Of a DNA stretch of 64,000 nucleotides, positions 1 to 10,019 are shown piece after piece. This DNA is from Candidatus Latescibacterota bacterium. GTDB lineage: Bacteria; Latescibacterota; UBA2968. The stretch's first letter is position 1. The number at the start of each line of letters is the position of its first letter. Both the position numbers and the translations under genes were made by a program. The DNA lies in assembly GCA_965198115.1 (NCBI GenBank), contig OZ240241.1, positions 6,720,001 to 6,784,000 on the forward strand. The letters run 5' to 3'. Below the pieces are notes generated by a model. That model saw only the letters and a program-made list of their open reading frames with translations. It searched no databases and was not told the origin of the DNA.

Positions 1-696
1 CACCTGATGACGCCCTTCCTCATTCAGGCTCCAGTTTGAGCGTTTAACCCGACGTTCCCCCGTACTTTTGCAACAGATCGGCGATATCGCTATGATCCTT
101 CCTTAACGCGATATCGAGTGGTGTTTCCTTGCGGAAGTTTCGGGGGTTCACGTTCTGAACACCGTTTTCAGGAGCCACGTTGTCAACTCGTGATGGCCGA
201 ATTCGGCTGCGGCAAGAAGCCCGCGGTCGTCGAACTCTCCCCTCTCTTTAAGCGTCCGGGCAATCGCGACGTTTCCGCTCAGTGCCGCGTGGTAGAAAAG
301 CGTGATGCCATGTGGTCCTCGTGAGGTCACGATCGAGGGATCTGCAGCAATCAAGGCACCCAGGACGGCATCTTCCCCCAGCATGGCCGCGCAGAAAATA
401 TCCTTCCGTGCACCTTCTGACAGAAGGAATCGAGCGATGTCGGCCCGACCCATGTGGGAGGCACCCCCGAGTCCGGTTTCCCAGTCGCCATTGCCCCAAT
501 CCCACGCAGCGTTCAGGAGCCCGGGTGTCTGCTCGAGCATGGTCTTCGTTCGTTCGAGATTTCCGTGGGCCACACGTACGAACTGGCTGACCGTGTCCGA
601 ATCGATTCGTGGAGAAGGCTGAGCTTTTGCGCGATGCGGGGTTCCAGTGATCCCTGCAATAAGTGCGGAGCCTGTGACAGCCCCGTTTAAAATGAA

Positions 697-2116
697 GGCT
701 CTATCCGGGTTTCTCAACGGTGAAACTATAGAATGACAAGGTCATAGATCGTTCCCTACGCTTGGTTGTGTGTGTAGGACAATCAAAGCGAAGGGGGTGC
801 GACCTATGACCGGGAGCAGATTACTATCGAAACTGCTGAGATTCAAGGGGTTCCGTGTTGTCAGCTGGTGGTTTGAGGGGAGAAGCTGTTTCGTCATCGC
901 CGTAAAGCCCCATAAGAATGGTTGTTGTTGTCCGGAGTGCGGCCGTCGAGGTAAAATCGTCCGCACAATGCCCCATCCGCGTCGGTGGCGTGACATTCCG
1001 GTGTGCGGGTGGAGGGTCTGGCTTCTCTACCATCCTCGGGAGATTCGGTGTCCTACCCACGGTCGTGTGGTCGAGGAGATTCCGTGGGCGGAGCGGTTCT
1101 CTCGGGTGACGTATCGCTTCGAGTATGCCATGCTGCGCTACTGCCAGACCATGACGCAGAAGGCGGCGTCCGAGTTGCTGCGCATCTCTGCCTCGACGCT
1201 GTCGGATCTCCTTCACCGATCCATCACGCGGCTTCGTGAAGGTCATCGTATCCGAGGGCTCAAAACCATCGGGATCGACGAGATCTCCTACGCCAAGCGT
1301 CACAGGTACGCCACGCTCGTTTACGATCTGGACCGCTCCTGCGTGGTGTGGGTTGGCCGCGGCAGGGCGCGTAAAACGATCGATCGGTTCTTCACAGAGG
1401 CTCTCAGTCCCTACCGGAGATCCAAGATCGAGTGGGCCTGCTGCGACATGAGCGAAGCTTACATCGGAGCCATCCAGGAACACTGTCCGAATGCCAAGCT
1501 GGTCCTCGATCGCTTTCACATCGTCAAGGCTCTCAATGCCGCCGTTGACGAGGTCCGTAAGGACCAGTGGCGTAAAGCTGCCCCGGATGAGCGCAAAGCC
1601 ATGAAGGGCCTCCGATGGCTCCTCTACCGGCACTCAGCGACACGCTCCAGAGGGGATACTCGGACACTCAAAGCACTGGAGAAGGCGAACTACCGAATCT
1701 ATAGAGCCTGGAGACTCAAGGACGAGTTCGAGCAGTTCTGGGAATACAAAGCGCCCTGGGCTGCCGAACGCTTCCTGAAATGCTGGACGACGTCCGCACT
1801 CAGAAGTCGACTTGAACCCCTGCGAAAGTTCGTCAGGACCCTGCGACAGCACTTCTTCGGCGTCCTCGCATTCGTGAACACGCGTCTTACCAACGCCATC
1901 GCCGAAGGCCTCAACCGAATCGTCCAAATCGTCAAGAACCGAGCCAGCGGATTCCGCACACTCGACGCATTCAACGATATGATCTTCCTTACCGTCGGAG
2001 ACATAAACATCCCTGAGCAGATTCCGAAGAGGTTCCGCACACTCTAACCGCGCCCCCATGCCAGGAACCACGGCACCTTCACCCACTTCATCTCGTTGAG
2101 AGATCCGGATATAGCC
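697..2116 (+). mobile_element. ISL3-family IS, copy 1 (1420 bp)
   Basis: Imperfect terminal IRs GGCTCTATCCGG.../...CCGGATATAGCC. 8-bp TSD AAAATGAA at 689-696 and 2117-2124. Near-identical copy at 48032-49458. Confidence 0.95.
770..2047 (+). CDS. ISL3-family transposase
   Basis: CPECG zinc finger and GIDE, CCDM, LDRFHIV, TNAIAEGLN motifs typical of ISL3 DDE transposases. Confidence 0.95.
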   Translation: MCRTIKAKGVRPMTGSRLLSKLLRFKGFRVVSWWFEGRSCFVIAVKPHKNGCCCPECGRRGKIVRTMPHPRRWRDIPVCGWRVWLLYHPREIRCPTHGRVVEEIPWAERFSRVTYRFEYAMLRYCQTMTQKAASELLRISASTLSDLLHRSITRLREGHRIRGLKTIGIDEISYAKRHRYATLVYDLDRSCVVWVGRGRARKTIDRFFTEALSPYRRSKIEWACCDMSEAYIGAIQEHCPNAKLVLDRFHIVKALNAAVDEVRKDQWRKAAPDERKAMKGLRWLLYRHSATRSRGDTRTLKALEKANYRIYRAWRLKDEFEQFWEYKAPWAAERFLKCWTTSALRSRLEPLRKFVRTLRQHFFGVLAFVNTRLTNAIAEGLNRIVQIVKNRASGFRTLDAFNDMIFLTVGDINIPEQIPKRFRTL

Positions 2117-2448
2117 AAAATGAAGTCTCTTCTGGAACCTTCGGTCGGCCCCGCGTGGTCTGGATGACTCGTTGTCATACCCATCTCCCTCGTTGTGGGT
2201 TGTCGTTGCGGGACTCCTCTTTTCCTGGGATTAGACGCACCAACCGTGGTGTTGTTGCGGAGTCGACATCGGAAACCGTGAACCAGGACCACGATCTAAC
2301 TTCCTGGATGTCAGATGCAGCAGGGGAAAGCGTGAGAAACTAAGTCGGGCCCCTGGATTCGTAGGAAGGTCTGATCTGGCTGGGCCCCGGCTGCCGAATA
2401 AACAGAAGGCGATCAGGCGATGGACGGAGAACGGCATCGGACCTCACT

Positions 2449-3726
2449 TCATATCACGATGGTCTCTTCCCGATCGGGGCCGACGGAGATGATGGAGTAG
2501 GGAACGCCTGAGAGTTCGGTGATGCGGTTGAGATAGCTCTGCGCGTTTCCGGGGAGATCGTCAAAAGAGCGAGCGTCTGTGGTGTCGGTCTGCCAGCCGG
2601 GCAGTGTTTCATAGACGGGCTCGCATTCTGCGAGCATGTTCAGATCGCCGGGAAAGTGGTCGATACGTTGACCATTCCGAGTGTAGTGCGTGCAGATCTT
2701 GATCTCTTCGATCTGATCGAGGATGTCGAGCCGGGTGACGGCGATGCTCGACAGACCGTTGACGCGAGCCGCCATGCGAACGATAACGAGGTCGAGCCAG
2801 CCGCAGCGGCGGGGGCGACCGGTCGTGGCGCCATACTCGTGACCGATGTCCCGAATGCGATCTCCCATCTCGTCGTGAAGCTCGGTCGGGAAGGGTCCGT
2901 TGCCGACGCGTGTCGTGTAGGCTTTGACAACACCGACGACTTCGTCGATCCGCGTGGGGCCGATCCCGGATCCGGTGCACGCGCCGCCCGCAGTGGTATT
3001 GGATGAGGTGACGTAGGGATACGATCCGTGGTCGACGTCGAGGAGCGTGCCCTGCGATCCCTCGAATAGAATACCCTTTCCGGCTTTGAGGGCTTCATCC
3101 AGGTAGACGGATGTGTCAATGACGTAGGGTCTCAGGCGCTCTCCGAAGGCGACATATTCTTCGATGATGGGGGCTTCGGGCAACGGCTCCGCACCGTAGA
3201 CTTTGGTGAGGATTTCGTTTTTCTCGGCGAGGTTGGCACGTACTTTCGATGAGAAGATGTCGGAATCGATGATATCCATGACCCGAATACCCGTCGAGCG
3301 ATTGATCTTGTCGTAATAGGTCGGACCGATGCCACGGAGCGTCGTTCCGATGGCGCCTTCGCCGATTTTTTCTTCGGTCGCTTTTTCGACGGCTTTGTGA
3401 TAGGGCATGACGATGTGGGTCCGTTCGCTCACGAACAGTCGGCCCTCGGTGCTGATGCCCTTTTCCTCGAGTTCGTCTATTTCCTGGAATAGCGCGCCCG
3501 GGTCGAGGACGACGCCATTCCCGACGACACACGTTTTGTCCGGATGAACGATACCGGCGGGGATCAGGTGGAATACGAACTCCAGGTCGCCGACTTTGAT
3601 GGTATGTCCCGCGTTTGCCCCCCCCTGAAAACGAACGACGACATCCGCTTCGGCCGTGAGATAGTCGACGATTTTCGCTTTTCCTTCATCGCCCCACTGG
3701 GCGCCTAGAACAATTCGAACTGACAT
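2449..3726 (-). CDS. purA: adenylosuccinate synthetase
   Basis: GAQWGDEGKAK, RFQGGANAGHT, EYGATTGRPRRCGWLD motifs. Start set at MSVRIVLG. Confidence 0.98.
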   Translation of the reverse strand: MSVRIVLGAQWGDEGKAKIVDYLTAEADVVVRFQGGANAGHTIKVGDLEFVFHLIPAGIVHPDKTCVVGNGVVLDPGALFQEIDELEEKGISTEGRLFVSERTHIVMPYHKAVEKATEEKIGEGAIGTTLRGIGPTYYDKINRSTGIRVMDIIDSDIFSSKVRANLAEKNEILTKVYGAEPLPEAPIIEEYVAFGERLRPYVIDTSVYLDEALKAGKGILFEGSQGTLLDVDHGSYPYVTSSNTTAGGACTGSGIGPTRIDEVVGVVKAYTTRVGNGPFPTELHDEMGDRIRDIGHEYGATTGRPRRCGWLDLVIVRMAARVNGLSSIAVTRLDILDQIEEIKICTHYTRNGQRIDHFPGDLNMLAECEPVYETLPGWQTDTTDARSFDDLPGNAQSYLNRITELSGVPYSIISVGPDREETIVI

Positions 3727-3820
3727 GGTTACTTCCTCTGTCTCGTTGAAGTGCCCTCGCCGTTGAGTTTCCATAACTTGGACGGGTGCAGGGGAGAGGG
3801 GGAGAACGGGGGATGTTTCT

Positions 3821-5401
3821 TCACAGCTCGACCTGTTTGGCCCAGAGCACGAGTGGATCGGCTTCGATCTTTTTCAGAACCTCTGGTGTGATGGGTTCGT
3901 CGACGTTGAAGACCATGATTGCGTCACCACCGCGGCTCTCACGACCGAGGGCCATGTCGGCGATGTTGATGTTCTGCTCCGCGAGCAGCGTGCCCATCCA
4001 ACCGACCACACCCGGTTCGTCCTTGTTGCAGCAGATGAGCATGTGCCCTTCGAGCTTTGCCTTGACCTCGTAGGCGTCGATGCTGATGAGGCGTGGATCG
4101 CGCTTGCCGAAGACGGTCGCGGTGACGGTGGTCGTTTCGGTCGAAGTTTCCGCCTGAACGGTGATGAGGTTGACGTAATCGGGCTGGCTGGTGCTTCGTC
4201 TTTCCTCGATCTGAACACCCCGCTTGCGTGCGAAAACGGGCGCGTTGACGTAGGTGACGGGCTCGTCCGACAGGCCAGACACGGCCCCTCTGAGGACGGC
4301 AGCGGTCATGGGGGACGTCGCGTGTTCAAGCACTTCGCCCTGGTAATCGATCGTCATCTTCTTGAGCGAGCCGTCGCTGAGCTGTGAGATCAGCGCACCG
4401 ACGCGATCTCCGAGGACCATGTAGGGCTGGATCGTTTCGAACACAGCGGGGTCGACGGCGGGCAGGTTGATGGCGCCCTGAACCGGGTTTCCGCTGAGCG
4501 CATCCAGGACGGAGGCCGCGATCTGACGCGCGACTTTCTCCTGCGCCTCGAGTGTGGACGCGCCGAGATGGGGTGTCGTGATGACCTCGTCGCGAAGGGC
4601 GAGTGGATAGTCCGGGGGTGGGGGCTCGTCCTCGAACACGTCCAGGGCGGCGCCGGCGACTTTGCCGGATTCGATTCCGCGAAGGAGGGCGGGTTCGTCG
4701 ATCAGGCCCCCACGGGCACAGTTGAGGATTCGGACGCCGTCCTTGCATCGGCCGATCGCGTCGTCGTCGATGAGGTGGTGTGTTTCCTTGATGAGCGGCG
4801 CGTGCAGGGTGATGTAGTCGGATTCGGCATAGATTTCGTCGTTCGATGCGAGCTGAATGTTGTTCTGCTCCGCCATTTCGGATGAGAAAACAGGGTCGAA
4901 GGCGAGGACGCGCATGCCAAAAGCCCGAGCACGCTGTGCCACCTGCAACCCGACCCGGCCGACTCCGATGATGCCGAGAACTTTCCCTTCGAGTTCTACG
5001 CCCGTGTAGGTTCGACGGTCCCATTTCCCCGACTTGATCGATGCCGTGGCCTGCGGAATGTTGCGTGACAGGGCCAGCATCATGGCGACGGTATGCTCGG
5101 CAGTGGAGATCGTGTTTCCATCCGGTGCGTTGAGGACGATGATGCCGCGTTCGGTGGCCGCGTCGATGTCGATGTTGTCGATACCTGCGCCGGCTCGACC
5201 GATTGCACGCAGGGCGATCCCGGCTTGGATAACCTCTCGCGTGACCTGCGTCGCGCTCCTGACGATCAGACCCTCGTATTCTCCGATGATAGACAGGAGC
5301 TCCGATTCGGACAGACCGGTCTTTTCGTCAACTTCGAGTCCGGCCACATTCAGGATGTCCTGCCAGCCATTGGCGAGTGAATCGGAGATCAAGATTTTCA
5401 T
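3821..5401 (-). CDS. serA: D-3-phosphoglycerate dehydrogenase (with ASB and ACT domains)
   Basis: RAGAGIDNID, GVGRVG, NCARGGL, TPHLGAST motifs and a C-terminal ACT domain (D.PGVVG...NINIA). Confidence 0.96.
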   Translation of the reverse strand: MKILISDSLANGWQDILNVAGLEVDEKTGLSESELLSIIGEYEGLIVRSATQVTREVIQAGIALRAIGRAGAGIDNIDIDAATERGIIVLNAPDGNTISTAEHTVAMMLALSRNIPQATASIKSGKWDRRTYTGVELEGKVLGIIGVGRVGLQVAQRARAFGMRVLAFDPVFSSEMAEQNNIQLASNDEIYAESDYITLHAPLIKETHHLIDDDAIGRCKDGVRILNCARGGLIDEPALLRGIESGKVAGAALDVFEDEPPPPDYPLALRDEVITTPHLGASTLEAQEKVARQIAASVLDALSGNPVQGAINLPAVDPAVFETIQPYMVLGDRVGALISQLSDGSLKKMTIDYQGEVLEHATSPMTAAVLRGAVSGLSDEPVTYVNAPVFARKRGVQIEERRSTSQPDYVNLITVQAETSTETTTVTATVFGKRDPRLISIDAYEVKAKLEGHMLICCNKDEPGVVGWMGTLLAEQNINIADMALGRESRGGDAIMVFNVDEPITPEVLKKIEADPLVLWAKQVEL

Positions 5402-5612
5402 TCTCTTCGAGAACCTCAAAAACTTGCCACTGAGATCACTGAGAACACGGAGGGGGCAGCAGAGCTACTTGGCATCCAGACCCTATCGGGGAGTCCGTTT
5501 GGTGATAGTCCAAAGCCGAGTTGTGACCAGCTGAACGGGCTCCGAGACTCATTAAACGAAATACACGGTCCGCTCGGCCACGTGCTCCGCACGGGGGCGA
5601 GGTTTCCGATTG

Positions 5613-6737
5613 CTAGGCTGCCAGCATCTCCTGCGCGGCAGATGTGCCGGCCCCACTCTGGATGGCGATACCCATTTCACTCAGGACGATCTCCAACGCG
5701 TACAGGGCATCGAGAAGGTCTGCGTCTTCGACATAGCCTAAGTTCGAGAGGCGAATGAGCTTTCCTCTCAGGTGAGCGAGTCCGCCACCCACGACGATCC
5801 CGTGTCGCGCTCGCAAGCGTTCCGTCAGTTCGAGCCCGTCGATGGATTCGGGGAGCGCGATTGCGGTGAGTACGTTCGACGGTATTTCGGCGAACAGATC
5901 GAGACCGATCTCGGTCGTGGCTTTGCGCACAGCTCCTGCCTGTCGTGCGTGACGCGTGCGGACATTCTCGATCCCTTCTTCGCCGATCATGTCGAGAGCG
6001 GCCCTGGCACCGACGAGTAAGGTAACGGGCAGCGTGAACGGACCGCGTCCTTCTTCGAGCGACTGCCGATACAGAGAGAGATCGAGATAATGTTTAGGCA
6101 GGTTCGACGTTGTCGCTGCTTCCCTGGCCTGTGACCCGAACGTGATGATGGCGAATCCGGGCGGAACCATCAGACCCTTCTGTGAGGCCGTGACGGCGAT
6201 GTCGACGTTCCAATTTTCAGTCGGCAGCGTGTGGGCACAGACACTGGAGACGCCGTCGACGATGAAGAGTGCGTCGGATTCAGCCACAATTTTTCCGAGG
6301 GTCCCGATGTCGTGCAACACACCTGTGGACGTTTCGGAGTGGGTTGTGAGAACAGCGCGCGCTTTCGGATTCGCATTCAGCGCATCCTCGACGGCCTCGG
6401 GATCGACTGCGGCGCCCCAGGGGGCTTCGACGGCAACGACGTGAATCCCGTAGGCTTCGCAGATCTTGTCCCAGCGCTCGCCAAAATTCCCCGCCCGGGC
6501 GACGATGACGGTGTCCCCCTCGGAAAGGGTGTTGACGACGGCGGCCTCCATTGCGCCTGTCCCGGAGGTCGCGAGCAGGAAAATCTCGTGCTCGGTCGGA
6601 AAAACAGGCTTGAGATCGTCGACCACGCTCGTGAGCAGCGCGGGAAAGTCGGGCCCCCGGTGATAGACGATCGGGCCAGCCATGGCTGCCTGGACACGTT
6701 CCGGAATGGGCGTTGGCCCGGGGACGAAGAGTTTCAT
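5613..6737 (-). CDS. class-V PLP aminotransferase (serine-pyruvate/alanine-glyoxylate family; probable phosphoserine aminotransferase)
   Basis: PGPT, SGTGAMEAA, HSETSTG, VDGVSS, ASQKG motifs. Lies directly upstream of serA. Confidence 0.9.
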   Translation of the reverse strand: MKLFVPGPTPIPERVQAAMAGPIVYHRGPDFPALLTSVVDDLKPVFPTEHEIFLLATSGTGAMEAAVVNTLSEGDTVIVARAGNFGERWDKICEAYGIHVVAVEAPWGAAVDPEAVEDALNANPKARAVLTTHSETSTGVLHDIGTLGKIVAESDALFIVDGVSSVCAHTLPTENWNVDIAVTASQKGLMVPPGFAIITFGSQAREAATTSNLPKHYLDLSLYRQSLEEGRGPFTLPVTLLVGARAALDMIGEEGIENVRTRHARQAGAVRKATTEIGLDLFAEIPSNVLTAIALPESIDGLELTERLRARHGIVVGGGLAHLRGKLIRLSNLGYVEDADLLDALYALEIVLSEMGIAIQSGAGTSAAQEMLAA

Positions 6738-6854
6738 ATGAGCATTGAAAATAGAAAATAGAACATGTTAAGGTCGCGGCGTGTGTATTCTGGTAACGGA
6801 CCATCCTCAAGCTTTCCGCCGCGCCGCGTCAATGACACATGTTCAATACGCACA

Positions 6855-8228
6855 GAGCTATAATCAAAAGGTGTGGAAAAAGAGAAAGGGCGACCCTACC
6901 CTTCCCGTGAGATAGTTGATTCACACAAAACCGGGTGAGAGGCCCGGTTGGGAAGGAGGATCGCCGTGAAGGAACATACGCATAGAGCCCCATTGAAGTC
7001 CATGCCGACGTGGGAGACGGTTGACGATTGGATCCGTGAAGAGATCCAGGGCCGGTTCCAGTCCATTCTGGAGGAGGAGGCGACCGCGTTCTTGGGCCGG
7101 TCGTGGTATGAGCGCCGAGCCGAGGTCGATAGCTCCAGGGGCTACAGGAACGGCTACGGCAAGCCCCGGCGTCTCTCGACGAGCTGCGGAACGATCAAGG
7201 TCCGGCGTCCCCGGGTTCGTGGTCTGGAAGAGCGGTTTGAAAGCCGCATCCTCCCCCTGTTCGCCCGGAGAACCAGGGCCATTGGAGATCTGCTTCCCGA
7301 CCTTTATCTCCACGGTCTCTCCCAGGGCGACTTCGAGTTGTCTTTGCGTGCGCTGCTCGGTGATGGCGCGCCGCTTTCGCCGACCTCGATCGCTCGTCTT
7401 CGAGGGAAGTGGGAGGTCGACTTCCAGGACTGGAAAGAAAGGCGTCTGGATAATCGCGAACTGGTCTACGCCTGGGCTGATGGCATCTACGTCAAAGCCG
7501 GGCTCGAGCGCGAGAAGGCGTGTCTGCTGGTCGTGATCGGCGCGATGAGCGACGGCAGCAAGGAGATCCTGGCGATAGAACCCGGTTATCGAGAGTCTAC
7601 AGAATCCTGGCTCACGGTGCTCCGGGATCTCCGGGATCGCGGGCTCGAACATCCTGTCCTGATCGCCGCGGACGGGAATATGGGCATCTGGGCGGCCGTT
7701 GATCAGGTCTGGCCAGAGAGCCGGCAACAACGGTGCTGGAACCACAAGATCCTCAACGTGCTCGACAAGGTCGCCAAGCGTGCACAGGCTGAAGCCCGCG
7801 CACTGCTCGTCCAGATCCCCTATGCCGGCACGAAAAAGGAGGCCGAGAAGCTCCGGAAACGCTTTGCCGCACGGTATCGCTCACAGTTCCCTGCCGCCGT
7901 GGAGACGCTCGAAAGAGACTGGGATCGGATGGTCACGTTCTACGACTTCCCGAAGGAACACTGGAAACACCTGAGAACCACGAACGTCGTCGAGAGCCCC
8001 TTTGCTTCCGTTCGGCTTCGCACAAACGCCGCCAGGCGATTCAAGAAAGTCAGGAACGCCACGGCTCTCATCTGGCGTACGCTCAAGGTCGCAGAGAGCC
8101 GATTCAGGAAACTCACCGCGCCACACTTGCTACAACAAGTCTACGATCAGAAACACTCAACCGGACCGCAGGTCGAAGCCGGGAAGATGGCCGCCTGATT
8201 TCTTTTACACACCTATTGACCTGAGCTC
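6855..8228 (+). mobile_element. IS256-family IS type A, copy 1
   Basis: IRs GAGCTATAATCAAAAGGTGTG.../...CACACCTATTGACCTGAGCTC. 9-bp TSD ATACGCACA at 6846-6854 and 8229-8237. Confidence 0.95.
6948..8198 (+). CDS. IS256-family transposase
   Basis: YRNGY, WADG, QRCWNH, LRTTNVVES motifs. Start uncertain. Confidence 0.95.
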   Translation: MGRRIAVKEHTHRAPLKSMPTWETVDDWIREEIQGRFQSILEEEATAFLGRSWYERRAEVDSSRGYRNGYGKPRRLSTSCGTIKVRRPRVRGLEERFESRILPLFARRTRAIGDLLPDLYLHGLSQGDFELSLRALLGDGAPLSPTSIARLRGKWEVDFQDWKERRLDNRELVYAWADGIYVKAGLEREKACLLVVIGAMSDGSKEILAIEPGYRESTESWLTVLRDLRDRGLEHPVLIAADGNMGIWAAVDQVWPESRQQRCWNHKILNVLDKVAKRAQAEARALLVQIPYAGTKKEAEKLRKRFAARYRSQFPAAVETLERDWDRMVTFYDFPKEHWKHLRTTNVVESPFASVRLRTNAARRFKKVRNATALIWRTLKVAESRFRKLTAPHLLQQVYDQKHSTGPQVEAGKMAA

Positions 8229-8254
8229 ATACGCACATCTTAAAATGTTCAATG

Positions 8255-9364
8255 TCAATGTCCTCGGGCGTCGATGGGCCACGTTTCGGTCCATTGGCCC
8301 GAGCTGTCGATGACGTAAGCTTCGTCCCACATGTTGACGGTGGTGCAGACGTGCGCGGGCACGAGGTAGAGGACGTCGCCGACACGCGGGGGCTCCTGGC
8401 CCTTCGGCCAGCGAAGGAGCTGATGCTCTTCGTTTCGAATCAGGAATTCCGGTTCACCGTCCAATCCGAGGATACGGAAGTGGGGGGCCGGGGTGTCGGG
8501 TGCGACGGATTTGTTCCCCGCGTCGAGGGTGACGAGGTCATCGGCCGGTCTGCTGAGGACGCGTGAGATGATGAGCGCCGCCCACTTGAACGGGAATTCG
8601 AGAAAATCGCCGTAGCCGGTGTCCCACAATGTCCAGGTACCGGGCGAGACGGTGTCGACGGCCGCCTCGCGGGCGGAGACGTCGAACCCGCGCGATCCGG
8701 ATGCCACGACTTCGTTGATGGGGATGCCGGCTTCCTCGATGAGGCTGCGGGTCTCCACGCCGAGGTCAATCGAAGCCTTGGCTTCCTGTTGCCGCTCTTC
8801 ATCCGGCCCGCCGCCGACGTGGCCGTCGTAGACGTGCAGACCTTTGAAGGTCAGCCCCGGCGCATCGTGAATGAGACGGGCAAGCTTGAGACTCGGTTCA
8901 CCGGGGGTCGATCCGGTTCGGTTGAGTCCCGTGTTCAGGTCGATGAGTACGCCAACGGTGACGTCGGCGGCCTGACACGCTTCGCTGAGGATGGCGATGG
9001 CGCCGGGGTCGTCGGCGATGATTTTGAAGTCGACGTCGGGGTGAGTCCGACGCAACTCGATGATGCGATGGATCTGGGGGCCGACGATGTGATAGGCGAT
9101 GACGATGTCCTTCGCGCCGACACCCGCGAGCATGGCCGCTTCTTTGGGCGTCGCGCATTTGAACTTGGTGACCCCCGCTGCCATTTCCATTCGTGCGATC
9201 TGTGACATTTTGTGGGTCTTGATGTGTGGACGCAGCCCGCCGTATCCTCCGACGATATTTCCCACGGTTTTGATGTTGTGTTCGACGAAATCCCGATAGA
9301 CGACGAGCGCGGGTGAGACAATTTCGTCGATGTTGGCGATTCGGTAGTCAGCGAGTGATGACAT
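8255..9364 (-). CDS. alanine-racemase-fold PLP enzyme (D-threonine aldolase / D-serine dehydratase family)
   Basis: RPHIKTHK, HVYDGH, DAGNKS, EEH, PAHVCTTVN motifs. Start set at MSSLADY. Confidence 0.88.
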   Translation of the reverse strand: MSSLADYRIANIDEIVSPALVVYRDFVEHNIKTVGNIVGGYGGLRPHIKTHKMSQIARMEMAAGVTKFKCATPKEAAMLAGVGAKDIVIAYHIVGPQIHRIIELRRTHPDVDFKIIADDPGAIAILSEACQAADVTVGVLIDLNTGLNRTGSTPGEPSLKLARLIHDAPGLTFKGLHVYDGHVGGGPDEERQQEAKASIDLGVETRSLIEEAGIPINEVVASGSRGFDVSAREAAVDTVSPGTWTLWDTGYGDFLEFPFKWAALIISRVLSRPADDLVTLDAGNKSVAPDTPAPHFRILGLDGEPEFLIRNEEHQLLRWPKGQEPPRVGDVLYLVPAHVCTTVNMWDEAYVIDSSGQWTETWPIDARGH

Positions 9365-9941
9365 CTTCGATCCAGTCGAGAAGTTCGTGACGCCCCGCTC
9401 CCGTGGTGGCGGAGAAGGGCACGATCGGGATATCTCCGATCTGTGCGACGATACGCTCAGTTTGGGCGAGACGATTTCGACCCTTGTTCTTGGATAGCTT
9501 GTCGATCTTCGTCGCGACGAGGAGAAAACGACGTTCGCCACTCGCGAGGTAGTCGACCATGTTCAGATCTTCGGGGGTGGGATCGTGACGAGCGTCGATG
9601 AGGTGCACGACACCCCGCAGCTTCTGACTCGTTTCCAGATAACCGTTGACCAGGGATGCCCACTGTCTGCGTTCGGTCTTGGATCGTTTCGCGAACCCGT
9701 AGCCGGGCAGGTCGACGAAGTGCACGTTGCGGTTGATGAGGTAGAAGTTGAGTGTTCGTGTTTTGCCGGGTGTGTTGCTCGTCTGAGCCAGCGACTTCCT
9801 ATTCATCAATCGATTGATGAGCGAAGACTTCCCGACGTTCGACCGGCCGGCGAAAGCGACTTCGGGAAAGTCTTCGTGGGGGAGCTGATCGAGTCGGCCC
9901 ACGCTGGTGACGAACTCGGATTGTTGAACCTGAAGGGCCAC
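9348..9941 (-). CDS. engB: ribosome biogenesis GTPase YihA/YsxC
   Basis: GRSNVGKSS, DLPGYG, TKID motifs. Downstream of clpX. Confidence 0.96.
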   Translation of the reverse strand: MALQVQQSEFVTSVGRLDQLPHEDFPEVAFAGRSNVGKSSLINRLMNRKSLAQTSNTPGKTRTLNFYLINRNVHFVDLPGYGFAKRSKTERRQWASLVNGYLETSQKLRGVVHLIDARHDPTPEDLNMVDYLASGERRFLLVATKIDKLSKNKGRNRLAQTERIVAQIGDIPIVPFSATTGAGRHELLDWIEDVITR

Positions 9942-9960
9942 CGGCGGCCTCGGTTTTCGG

Positions 9961-9991
9961 ACAAAACAAAACCGGGGTCGGGAAACCCCGG
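9961..9991 (-). terminator. intrinsic terminator-like hairpin between clpX and engB
   Basis: CCGGGG-N8-CCCCGG followed by TTTTGTTTTGT on the minus strand. Confidence 0.55.
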
Positions 9992-10019
9992 GCGCGTCAT
10001 CGACGGGCGAAGGCCTTGA

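Larger units (their letters stand above)
44..2178 (-). pseudogene. Tat-exported ankyrin-repeat protein, split by ISL3 and frameshifted near 165
   Basis: Joining 2178-2117 to 688-44 across the AAAATGAA duplication gives MTTSHPDHAGPTEGSRRDFILNGAVTGSALIAG...AKA followed by ankyrin motifs (ETGLGGASHMG, ITLFYHAALSG). A last repeat (ETPLDIALRKDHSDIADLL) lies in another frame and ends at TAA 46-44. Confidence 0.8.

Noticed and set aside
5480-5610. Possible riboswitch (ZMP/ZTP or glycine) upstream of serA-purA
   Set aside because: Hairpins are present, but I could not match the conserved core motifs by eye. An Rfam/Infernal scan would be needed.
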